This document shows, in pieces, positions 9,914 through 19,385 of a stretch of 64,000 bases of DNA (position 1 is the stretch's first letter; every line of letters starts with the position of its first letter). The notes under the pieces are model-generated. The model was not told where the DNA came from. It did not search any database and was given only the letters and a program-made list of their open reading frames with translations. This DNA comes from Rikenellaceae bacterium DTU001 (lineage in GTDB: Bacteria; Bacteroidota; Bacteroidia; Bacteroidales; DTU049), in assembly GCA_001512885.1 (NCBI GenBank), contig LFSZ01000043.1, positions 2,314 to 66,313 on the forward strand. The letters are read 5' to 3'. The position numbers and the translations under genes are program-made.

Positions 9914-11065
9914 ATGATATACAATATTTTAATAGTAGATGACGAAGAAGGCATTAGAATGGCAATAAAAAGAGCATTAGAAAAACATCGGATAGATTTT
10001 CCATTTTTAGATGAACCTATCAAATTATCGCTATATGAAGCAGAGAGTGCTGAGAGGGCTTTAGAAATTTTGTCTGATACTCACATGGATATTATATTAT
10101 TAGATAATAAATTGCCAGGAATGCAAGGTATCGATATTATGCCTTATCTAAATGAGCATTATCCTGATACTAAAATACTAATCATTACTTCCTTTGCCTC
10201 ATTAGATATAGCATTAGAAGCTACTAAACATGGAGCTTTTGATTTCATTCCCAAACCTTTTACTCCACAGGAACTAAAAAATGCTATCGAGATAGCTAGC
10301 AAACAAATATATCTAAATAGTATAATAAAAGATATGGATAAAGAAGCTAGAAAAATACGCTTCAAATTTCTTTCTATTTTGTCGCATGAGCTCAAAACCC
10401 CCATAACTACCCTAGAAGGATATATTTATATGATAAAAGAAAAGCAATTAGGTGATAATATAGATAATTATATGGAATTAATAGACAAAATGCTTAATAA
10501 ATTAGAAGAAATGAGAACTCTGATAATGGATCTTCTAGACTTCACTAATTTGCAAGCCGAAAGCACTATAGGAGAAAAAGAATTGTTATCATTAAAAGAA
10601 ATTATCATGTTTTCTATTGATAGTCAACGACCATTAGCTATTCAAAAATCTATAACTTTCGATATAGATATAAAAAGTCCATTAAATATTTTTGCTAGTA
10701 AAAATGAAATGGAAATATTATTTAATAATTTAATAAATAATGCAATAAAATACAATAAAAATAACGGTAAAATAATAATAAAAGGCGAAGAAAATGATAA
10801 TAATATAATAATAAAAATAAAAGATACAGGTATTGGTATCAATGAAAATGATTTACCACATATTTTTGATGAATTCTATAGAACAGTAGATGCTAAATCT
10901 CGTCGTTTATCTGGTACTGGACTGGGACTTTCTATCGTAAAAAAAATGATAGAATTGTATAATGGAACTATAGAGGTAGAGAGCAAAGTTAATGAATACA
11001 CAGAATTTACCATTATTTTACCTAAAATAGAAGATAATAAAACTAAAAATTTTATTGATAATTAA
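9914..11065 (+). CDS. Hybrid receiver-histidine kinase (REC-HisKA-HATPase), cytoplasmic
   Basis: IVDDE/LLDNKLPGM/KPF receiver; SHELKTP; NAIKYN, DTGIGI, GTGLGL. Confidence 0.9.
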   Translation: MIYNILIVDDEEGIRMAIKRALEKHRIDFPFLDEPIKLSLYEAESAERALEILSDTHMDIILLDNKLPGMQGIDIMPYLNEHYPDTKILIITSFASLDIALEATKHGAFDFIPKPFTPQELKNAIEIASKQIYLNSIIKDMDKEARKIRFKFLSILSHELKTPITTLEGYIYMIKEKQLGDNIDNYMELIDKMLNKLEEMRTLIMDLLDFTNLQAESTIGEKELLSLKEIIMFSIDSQRPLAIQKSITFDIDIKSPLNIFASKNEMEILFNNLINNAIKYNKNNGKIIIKGEENDNNIIIKIKDTGIGINENDLPHIFDEFYRTVDAKSRRLSGTGLGLSIVKKMIELYNGTIEVESKVNEYTEFTIILPKIEDNKTKNFIDN

Positions 11066-11098
11066 AAGTCTTTTTTATTAATTATAAATTTCACTAAT

Positions 11099-11719
11099 AT
11101 GATATTACCAGAAAAAACAATAGAACGTTTAAGTAAATATAGAAGGGTATTGATAAACCTAAATTTTCAACAAAAAGATTATATCTATTCACATGAATTA
11201 GCTAATCTGATTCATATAACTCCCGAACAAGTAAGAAGGGATATGATGTTAATAGGACATAGCGGTACACTTAGAAGGGGTTATGAAGTTAAACAATTAA
11301 TAGAAAAGATAAATTCTATAATAGATGGTAACACAGTACAATATGTTACTCTAGTAGGTGTTGGTAATTTGGGACGTGCAATGCTCAATTATTTAAAAAA
11401 TAAAAATAAATATTTGCAAATAATAGCTTGCTTTGACAATGACCAGGATAAAATTAATAAAATGTGTTGTGGTATACCTTGTTATTCTATCAATGAAGCA
11501 GAAGAACAAATAAAAAAGTTAAATATAAATATTGCTATATTGACAGTCCCAACAAATGTAGCTAACGAAGTAGCTGATATTTTAATTAAGGCAGGCATTA
11601 AAGGATTATTAAATTTCACTACTATGCCTTTAAAAGTGCCATCCAACGTATATCTAGAAGAATATGATATGATAACATCTTTGGAAAAAGTTGCTTACTT
11701 TACACAATTTATTGAATAG
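11099..11719 (+). CDS. rex: Redox-sensing transcriptional repressor Rex
   Basis: 'TIERLSKYRR...SHELA...QVRRD...GYEV' winged helix; GVGNLG Rossmann motif; 'LLNFT'. Confidence 0.95.
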   Translation: MILPEKTIERLSKYRRVLINLNFQQKDYIYSHELANLIHITPEQVRRDMMLIGHSGTLRRGYEVKQLIEKINSIIDGNTVQYVTLVGVGNLGRAMLNYLKNKNKYLQIIACFDNDQDKINKMCCGIPCYSINEAEEQIKKLNINIAILTVPTNVANEVADILIKAGIKGLLNFTTMPLKVPSNVYLEEYDMITSLEKVAYFTQFIE

Positions 11720-11788
11720 AACCAAAATAATTAAAAAAAAAGTAAATGCTAAATAAATGAGTAAGTATTTTTTTTTAAAAAAATAAAA

Positions 11789-12700
11789 ATGCATATATAT
11801 TATAGCTTTGATGAAGATTTTGAAATATCTAATCCTGTTGTAACGATTGGCACTTTTGATGGTGTGCATGCTGGACACAGAGCTATATTGAAAAGATTAA
11901 ATATATTAAGTCAAAAAGTAAATGGTGAGTCTGTACTGATAACTTTTTATCCTCATCCTCGCAAAGTATTATATCCTGATACCTTAGGTAAAAATTTAAA
12001 AATGATCTGCACTCAAAATGAAAAAATACATCTATTACAAGAGACTAAATTGAATCATCTATTTATAATACATTTTACTAATGAATTTTCTAAAATTACC
12101 GCTGAGCAATTCGTTAGAAATTTTTTAGTAAATAAATTGCACGCTAGAGTCATAGTAGTTGGTTTTAATCATCATTTCGGCTACGACAAACAAGGTGACT
12201 ATGAATATTTATATGAATTACAACAATATTTTGGATTTCAAGTAGAGGAGATACCACAACAAGAGATAGAAAAAGAGACTGTATCATCTACTAGAATCAG
12301 ACAAGCTCTAAGCCAAGGATTGATACAAAAAGCTAATGCTTACTTACAATCTCATTTTCCCTTTTTCGGTGTTGTAACTGAAATAAACCCATTAGACAAT
12401 AAATTGACAAAAATAAAAATCAAAACTGATGAAATAGAAAAAATAGTACCACCGATAGGTTTATATGCTGGAGTTTTGCAAATGGATATTAAAAAAATTA
12501 AATGCTTAATAATCACAAATGAAATTGATGAGAATATCATACCATTTATTGAAATAATTTTTCAAGGTGAAATAAATATCACATTAGGAGATAATGTACG
12601 TGCATTTTTTGCAAAAGAATTACAATTATATGATAAAATAGATAATTTGCATAAGAGTATTAATGAGTATATAACATTAATAAATGAATTGATATATTAA
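11789..12700 (+). CDS. RibF-like FAD synthetase; FMN adenylyltransferase domain intact, riboflavin kinase domain degenerate
   Basis: 'IGTFDGVHAGH', 'VGFNHHFG', 'VSSTRIR' present; no GFPTAN motif in the C-terminal domain. Confidence 0.8.
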   Translation: MHIYYSFDEDFEISNPVVTIGTFDGVHAGHRAILKRLNILSQKVNGESVLITFYPHPRKVLYPDTLGKNLKMICTQNEKIHLLQETKLNHLFIIHFTNEFSKITAEQFVRNFLVNKLHARVIVVGFNHHFGYDKQGDYEYLYELQQYFGFQVEEIPQQEIEKETVSSTRIRQALSQGLIQKANAYLQSHFPFFGVVTEINPLDNKLTKIKIKTDEIEKIVPPIGLYAGVLQMDIKKIKCLIITNEIDENIIPFIEIIFQGEINITLGDNVRAFFAKELQLYDKIDNLHKSINEYITLINELIY

Positions 12701-12738
12701 AGATATTTATTTTTTTTAAAAAAAAAGTCCCAAAAATA

Positions 12739-13413
12739 TTATAAATTTTGAATTTCGACTTTAAAAATTTCAGAAAAAATATCTAAAATATATTTTTTTA
12801 CTTCATTTATATCTACCTCATACCCTAATTCTTTAGCTATAGATGTTACTCCTTTGCCAGTAATACCACATGGATTTATATATGAAAAGTATTTTAGATC
12901 TGTATTTACATTAAATGCAAAGCCATGCATAGTAATATTTCTAGTAATTCGAATACCGATAGAGCAGATTTTTCTAGCCTTTGGTGTATTAGGATCTAGC
13001 CATACACCTATAGAGCCGCTCATTCTATCTCCCTTTATTCCATATTTATCTAATACATTAATTATCACTTCTTCGACATTATAAACATACTGTTTGGGTC
13101 CTATTTTTAGTTTCATCAGATCGATTATCGGATAACCAACAATCTGTCCTGGTCCATGATAAGTAATGTCACCCCCTCTATCAGTTTTTACTAATTCCGC
13201 ATTAATCTTTTCTAATAATTGAGGTGAAATGAGCAAATTATCTTCTTTACCATGTTTTCCAAGGGTATAAACATGTGGGTGCTCAAGTAATATTAAATAA
13301 CCAATAAAATCAGGTTCATTTTTCTTATTGAAAACTTCATCAACTTTTTTTAATTGATACTGGTAAGCGTCATCGAATCGCTTATTACCGAGATCTACAA
13401 TTTTTATATTCAT
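12739..13413 (-). CDS. lipB: Lipoyl(octanoyl) transferase
   Basis: EHPHVYTLG, RGGDITYHGPGQ, HGFAFNV, PCG. Confidence 0.95.
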   Translation of the reverse strand: MNIKIVDLGNKRFDDAYQYQLKKVDEVFNKKNEPDFIGYLILLEHPHVYTLGKHGKEDNLLISPQLLEKINAELVKTDRGGDITYHGPGQIVGYPIIDLMKLKIGPKQYVYNVEEVIINVLDKYGIKGDRMSGSIGVWLDPNTPKARKICSIGIRITRNITMHGFAFNVNTDLKYFSYINPCGITGKGVTSIAKELGYEVDINEVKKYILDIFSEIFKVEIQNL

Positions 13414-14750
13414 AATAATTCATTTGCTATATTTGCTAATTCACTTCTTTCGCCTTTTTCTAAGGTTACATGAGCATAAATGGGATGTCCTTTTAGACGA
13501 TCTATGAGGTATGATAATCCATTACTTCGAGCATCTAAATAAGGGGTATCTATTTGTCTAATATCGCCAGTAAATATAATTTTAGTACCTTCTCCTGCTC
13601 TAGTGATGATAGTTTTTACCTCATGAGGTGTTAAATTCTGAGCTTCATCTACTATGAAGCATACATGTGAGATACTACGACCTCGAATATATGCTAACGG
13701 GGCTATTACTAGATTATCTTCTTCGAGCATCTTATCTATATTTTGCTGAAAAGCATAGTTATTATTTTGAGATTTTATGAAACGCAGATTATCATATAGT
13801 GGCTCCATATAAGGATTTATTTTACTTTTTATATCTCCTGGCAAAAATCCAATGTCTTTATTACTAAGTGGTACGATAGGTCTAGCTAAATATATTTGTT
13901 TGAAATCATCTTTAGTTTCTAAAGCGCCGGCTAAAGCTAATAAAGTTTTACCTGTACCAGCAACACCTTGCAATGTAACTAATTTAATATTAGGCGAGAC
14001 AATAGAATGAATAGAAAATACCTGCTCTGCATTTCGTGGATAAATACGTGCTGCTGGTTTTTTGACAATTTTCTCTATTACTTGTGTTAATGGATTATAA
14101 TAACCTAATACGGAGTTGCTATTATATTTTAAGATAAAATAATGATTAGGGACAGGATCAGTGATGCCTATTTCATTTGGTTCCACAAAGCCTTGTTTAT
14201 ACATCAGATCTATTATAGATTTGTCATCAATTTCTAATGTAGTTTTGCCAGTATATAATTTTTCTAAATCTTTTATTTTACCTGTTTCATAATCTTCGGC
14301 CATTATATTCAGAGCTCTTGCTTTTAATCTAAGATTTATATCTTTAGACACCAAAATCACTTTACGATCAGGAAATTCTTTTGATAGCTTTATAGCTACA
14401 TTTAAAATTCTATGATCTGGCTTGTGGCCACCAAAAATTTTATTAGCATCAGGGTCGGATCCTTCATCTAATATGACTCTAACAGAGGCCCCATTTTCTC
14501 TAAACTGTATCCATTCATTAATTGAATGATTATATGATATCTGATCTAAGATTCTTATAAATTCACGAGCTTCGAAATTAATTAATTCATTTCCTTTTTT
14601 GAAATTATCTAATTCCTCTAATACTGTTATGGGAATAGCAATAAAATTGTCATCAAAGCTATAAATAGCTTCATGATTATACAAGATGACAGATGTATCT
14701 AATACAAAAATTTTAGGAAGTGATTTTGTTTTTATATTTGGTTCACTCAT
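13410..14750 (-). CDS. PIN-domain PhoH-family ATPase
   Basis: 'FVLDTSVIL' PIN domain, Walker A GVAGTGKT, RGRS, DEAQNLT, GD..QID. Confidence 0.9.
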   Translation of the reverse strand: MSEPNIKTKSLPKIFVLDTSVILYNHEAIYSFDDNFIAIPITVLEELDNFKKGNELINFEAREFIRILDQISYNHSINEWIQFRENGASVRVILDEGSDPDANKIFGGHKPDHRILNVAIKLSKEFPDRKVILVSKDINLRLKARALNIMAEDYETGKIKDLEKLYTGKTTLEIDDKSIIDLMYKQGFVEPNEIGITDPVPNHYFILKYNSNSVLGYYNPLTQVIEKIVKKPAARIYPRNAEQVFSIHSIVSPNIKLVTLQGVAGTGKTLLALAGALETKDDFKQIYLARPIVPLSNKDIGFLPGDIKSKINPYMEPLYDNLRFIKSQNNNYAFQQNIDKMLEEDNLVIAPLAYIRGRSISHVCFIVDEAQNLTPHEVKTIITRAGEGTKIIFTGDIRQIDTPYLDARSNGLSYLIDRLKGHPIYAHVTLEKGERSELANIANELL

Positions 14751-14823
14751 TTTTTTATCAAAGATAATAATTTATTTTTTAGCCTAGCCAATTATTTTAT
14801 AATTGCAACATGTTTTTTATCAT

Positions 14824-17800
14824 CTAATAACACAATGGCAGGATAATCGTAAATTTTGTCCCCTCACCTAAAAGACTTTCTACCAATATTTTACCATTTA
14901 AGTCTTCGATTATATGCTTTACTATTGCTAAGCCTAGTCCGGTACCAGATGATTTAGTAGTGAAATTGGGTTCAAATATATTTTCTAGCATCTCATTGGC
15001 GATTCCGATACCATTATCAGAAATTATAATTATAGCATTATTATTATCTGATTTAGCATAAATGTTTATCTCTCCGCGTCTTTCATTTGATAGAGCTTGC
15101 ACGGCATTTTGCAATATATTAGTAAAAGCTCTATTTAGTCTACTCTCATCTCCTATTACTGTCAATTTATCAGATTCTAAATGAATATTAATATCATAAT
15201 CTGTACTATGAAACAGGGCAGCTAAATTTTGTAAAAGTGTTATGAGATTTACTTCCTTGCTTAATGGTTCTGGCATTTTATTAAATTGAGAAAATGCTGT
15301 TGCTATTTCAGATAATTGTTCTATTTGTTCTAGAAGTGTTGTTAAGTATTTTTCGATATCTTGTTCAAATCTTTTTTTATCTTGCTTCCATATTCTTTGC
15401 AAAAATTGAACACTTAGCTTCATAGGTGTAAGAGGATTTTTTATTTCATGAGCTACTTGTTTTGCCATTTCTCTCCAAGCTATTTCTCTTTCGTTCTGAG
15501 CCAGCTTTTCAGCTTTTTCAGCTAATTCATCTATCATTTGATTATATTGCTTTACTAATTGTCCTATCTCATCATTACTTTTGTATTCTATTTTTTCATT
15601 TTGTTTAGATAAATTTAGTGATTTTAGCCTTTTACTTATTAATTGCAAGGGTCTATTTATATATTGTGTTATTAAAAAAGTAAAAATTAGAGAAATCAAG
15701 AGTAAAATGGCATAAATATTTATAAAAGCACCTATTAGCTCACTCAATTCTCCCCGTAATTCTGTGATCTGGCTAAACATAGGTATAGACAATATGCCTA
15801 TTATATTATTACCTCTAAATACTGGCATATATGTATTGCGATATTCAAACTCACTTATTTTTTCTTTATTTGAGTAATACCAATACTTTTTCCATTTGTT
15901 TGTCCAATAAACATCTGGATTTATCAATGTTGTTAACAAATGATCGTTAAACAATGCAAATTGTGTCGTTGATAATAAAGTGCCATCTGTATTATAAAAA
16001 TGTAAATCCGAAAAGTAAGAGTATTTATATTTCCATAACAGTGAATCTATGCTGGTCGAGTTGATTTTTATATTATTTTTTACGATTTCGTCTTGTAATG
16101 ATAAGTACAATCCATAATTGCGCTCAAAACATTGTTTTTCTAATTGCCGTGAGTATGTGTTTTGTATATATTTGACAGACAAAATACCTGCTACCAAAAT
16201 GACAATAGTAATAATACTGATCAATGTGATTTGTAATCTACCCGCATAACTTCTAAAAATCTTTTTAATGTTAATACCTTTTATTAATATGTAATAAATT
16301 AAATAAAGCAATAGAATTATTATAATAAAAAATGAAAAGATACTCAACCAATTTGGTAAAGTGTGATTAGACACTAACACAATAAATCTATTATTGTCTA
16401 TTTCGCTTTTGATGGCGTATTTATCATGATATTTAAATAATTTGCCAATAGGAGCTGCATCTATTTCATTATCTACTTGTAAAGGAAAAATTGTATTACC
16501 ATAGCTCTGCATTAATGTATTATTATAGTATGTAGCATAATCTAGCTGTCCAGGGAGTAATTGCTCTTCCTCTATATTTACTAATAATTCTAAATATCCT
16601 TCTGGTCTAAAAGGTTTCTTTTTGTAAAGTTCTAAATATAATTGGTGTGGTAGCTCACTATGAAGCATGATTTTGTATAAATAGTAAGTAATATTGGCAT
16701 TAGTAATGAAATATAAATTATCTGATATGTGCTGTGCTTGCGAATACTCCACTATGCTATCATAATATTGCCAGCAATTGATTTCTAAATTATTATTTAA
16801 AAATTTATCATGACTACTACAGATGAAACCTATGATATCATACTGATCTTGAAATGAGGATAAGTAGTGATTTTTTATATGTGTCAGCCATTGCATACTG
16901 GTATCGAAGCTATTAGCATAATTCACTAAAAATCTATCAGCAGATATTTCAGTTTGGAGTTCATTTAAGTGATTTTCTAGTATCAAATCTCGCTCAGAGC
17001 TTATTTTTACAGCATTTAAGAGTAAATAATTCGAAAAACTCTGATGATGCACTCGCATAAATAAAAAACTACTAATAGCTACTATCATACCACTAAAAAT
17101 ATAAATAAAATAGCGCCTAAACGACTTCTTATTCATAGATGATAATAGGTACATTATCAGCCAAAGTAAGATCCCTAACATCGAGATAATAAGATAAAAA
17201 TTTTGATTTTTTAATAAAAAAATCAAAAAAATTGTATAAAAAGCAAAACCACTATAAACTATTTTTTTGGGTGGTTTGTGAGTTAGCATCAATCTGATCG
17301 ACCATGTCCATATGACCAGTAGGGATATAGCTAAAATTATTACAAATATAATATCCACTTTTGTAGATATCCATTCATAATAGCTATAGGGAAATTCAGT
17401 TGCATTGAATATGCGAGATAGCCAGATAAAAATATTACCAGAGAAAAATATTGAGGTTACAAAACAGAAAAGCCTTTTGTAATCATTAGGTAATAGCTTG
17501 ATAGCAATCTTGATAATTAGAGCAGCTAGCCACACTAATAAAAATGTTTTACCTATATTGTTAAAAATAAGAGATAATGCAAAAAATGAAGGATTAAAAA
17601 CATAATATTTGGTAGATAAAAAATTAGTAAGTATCCATAATAACCCGATAATCGTTAATATTAAAATTAAAAGGACAAAGATTTTATTACTAGCTTTCCA
17701 TTTATTTATCAATGCAGAAATCAAAAGATACAAACCAAATAAAAACAAAATAAAACTTAATAATGCAATGAAATTTTGAGTTTTAGTAGGCTGAATATCC

Positions 17801-18363
17801 CGAGGAATAAATTCTAAATTTTCTAAAACATTATTATTTTTATTATTTATTTTTAATTCAAAAGCTGCTAATGGGTCTATTTTTTTATTTATCTTATTTG
17901 TTAAATAATTATTTTTAATTGGATAACTTTCTTGTAATTGCCAGCTCAAAATCAATTTATAATTTTCAAACTCTTGGCTGTAACATAAAAAAATACCCCT
18001 CTCACTCTCAGCTACCCATTGCTGCGCTGTTAAATTATTAATTATAAAGTCATTAGTAGACCAATAGATCAAACTGTCTGCATCATATATCCAAACACCA
18101 GCCTTTATATTATTAATATTTTCTAACTCCTGTTGTAGACTACTCCAATCATTATTGATTATTAATTTAATGATAGCAGTATCATTTACAAAACTTTTTA
18201 GTTCATTCCATTGTTTTTCAACTTTTTTTGATAAATTATTTTTATTTATTGACTGATAAAGTGGATAAAATGTATGATTAATAGTAAATACTAAAACACT
18301 TATCAGAAGTATCCACAGGCTTAATTTTAATTTTTTATTAATTATATAATCAATTTTGATCAC
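14824..18363 (-). CDS. Large multi-TM sensor histidine kinase (HAMP-HisKA-HATPase, NtrY-like core)
   Basis: Many TM segments; 'DEIGQLVKQYNQM', 'AWREMAKQVAHEIKNPLTPM', 'FEPNFTTKSSGTGLGL'. Confidence 0.9.
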   Translation of the reverse strand: MIKIDYIINKKLKLSLWILLISVLVFTINHTFYPLYQSINKNNLSKKVEKQWNELKSFVNDTAIIKLIINNDWSSLQQELENINNIKAGVWIYDADSLIYWSTNDFIINNLTAQQWVAESERGIFLCYSQEFENYKLILSWQLQESYPIKNNYLTNKINKKIDPLAAFELKINNKNNNVLENLEFIPRDIQPTKTQNFIALLSFILFLFGLYLLISALINKWKASNKIFVLLILILTIIGLLWILTNFLSTKYYVFNPSFFALSLIFNNIGKTFLLVWLAALIIKIAIKLLPNDYKRLFCFVTSIFFSGNIFIWLSRIFNATEFPYSYYEWISTKVDIIFVIILAISLLVIWTWSIRLMLTHKPPKKIVYSGFAFYTIFLIFLLKNQNFYLIISMLGILLWLIMYLLSSMNKKSFRRYFIYIFSGMIVAISSFLFMRVHHQSFSNYLLLNAVKISSERDLILENHLNELQTEISADRFLVNYANSFDTSMQWLTHIKNHYLSSFQDQYDIIGFICSSHDKFLNNNLEINCWQYYDSIVEYSQAQHISDNLYFITNANITYYLYKIMLHSELPHQLYLELYKKKPFRPEGYLELLVNIEEEQLLPGQLDYATYYNNTLMQSYGNTIFPLQVDNEIDAAPIGKLFKYHDKYAIKSEIDNNRFIVLVSNHTLPNWLSIFSFFIIIILLLYLIYYILIKGINIKKIFRSYAGRLQITLISIITIVILVAGILSVKYIQNTYSRQLEKQCFERNYGLYLSLQDEIVKNNIKINSTSIDSLLWKYKYSYFSDLHFYNTDGTLLSTTQFALFNDHLLTTLINPDVYWTNKWKKYWYYSNKEKISEFEYRNTYMPVFRGNNIIGILSIPMFSQITELRGELSELIGAFINIYAILLLISLIFTFLITQYINRPLQLISKRLKSLNLSKQNEKIEYKSNDEIGQLVKQYNQMIDELAEKAEKLAQNEREIAWREMAKQVAHEIKNPLTPMKLSVQFLQRIWKQDKKRFEQDIEKYLTTLLEQIEQLSEIATAFSQFNKMPEPLSKEVNLITLLQNLAALFHSTDYDINIHLESDKLTVIGDESRLNRAFTNILQNAVQALSNERRGEINIYAKSDNNNAIIIISDNGIGIANEMLENIFEPNFTTKSSGTGLGLAIVKHIIEDLNGKILVESLLGEGTKFTIILPLCY

Positions 18364-18602
18364 AAAAAATTTATTTAGTAAACAAATTTATTAAATTTAA
18401 ACAAAATGATTTAATTAAATGCTTCGTTAATAATATTTATAATTAGACACAGAGAATAGATGCCTATAAACAAAACTAAATACTCACTTAAAATTTTTTA
18501 TATAAACTTATTTCAGGATTAGAAACATCATTTCTCAGTTTCATACTCATACTTATTGGGTATCTAATTAATTCAATTTATTTGGATGATTTTGATTATC
18601 TA

Positions 18603-19385
18603 TTATTTAAAAAAAGTTTTTAATAAAACATTGCTACCATCAAATTGTGCGTAGTTAGGTTCTAGTAGCCAAGTACCTAAATTTATATATCTAATATCAT
18701 TTATTAGAAGATCCGTTTTTAAATGTCTATGACCGAAAATGGCAATATCGGGCTTAATACTTTCATCTAAAGAAGCTAAAAATTGAATGATAAATTCCTT
18801 TTCTATTCCTTTAAACTCTTCGATATGCTTTTCATAATCACCTCTGCTAGTCGATGATAATCTATGAGCAATTTTAAAAGCAAAATAAGGATGGAGCATA
18901 GAAAATAATTTCTGAGCAACATTATTCTTAAAAATTTTTTTCATTACCTTGTATCCATAATCTCTAGGCCCTAATCCATCTCCATGACCTAAAAGAATTC
19001 GTATATTATCTATATAAAATCCAGCAATATCACTATATATTTTAAATCCTATTTCATTTTCTAAATAACCATAAGTCCACATATCATGATTACCTACAAA
19101 AAAATGAATTTCTATGCCACTGTGGTTCATTTTAGCTAATTGCCCCAAAAGGCGAGTATATCCTTTAGGAACAACATACTTGTATTCATACCAAAAATCA
19201 AATAAATCACCCAAGATAAAAATTGCTTGTGCATCAGATGAGACTTGTTCTAACCATTGAACGAGCAAAATCTCTCTATTTTTGCTATCGCTCTCATTAG
19301 GCATCCCCAAATGAATATCAGATATAAAATATAATTTTTTTTCTTTAGCTAGTGAATAAGGAATATAAGAAATTTGTTTTTTCAT
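18603..19385 (-). CDS. lpxH: UDP-2,3-diacylglucosamine hydrolase (LpxH-type metallophosphoesterase)
   Basis: SDIHLG, GDLFDFW, GNHD, HGD, GHRH. Confidence 0.8.
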   Translation of the reverse strand: MKKQISYIPYSLAKEKKLYFISDIHLGMPNESDSKNREILLVQWLEQVSSDAQAIFILGDLFDFWYEYKYVVPKGYTRLLGQLAKMNHSGIEIHFFVGNHDMWTYGYLENEIGFKIYSDIAGFYIDNIRILLGHGDGLGPRDYGYKVMKKIFKNNVAQKLFSMLHPYFAFKIAHRLSSTSRGDYEKHIEEFKGIEKEFIIQFLASLDESIKPDIAIFGHRHLKTDLLINDIRYINLGTWLLEPNYAQFDGSNVLLKTFFK

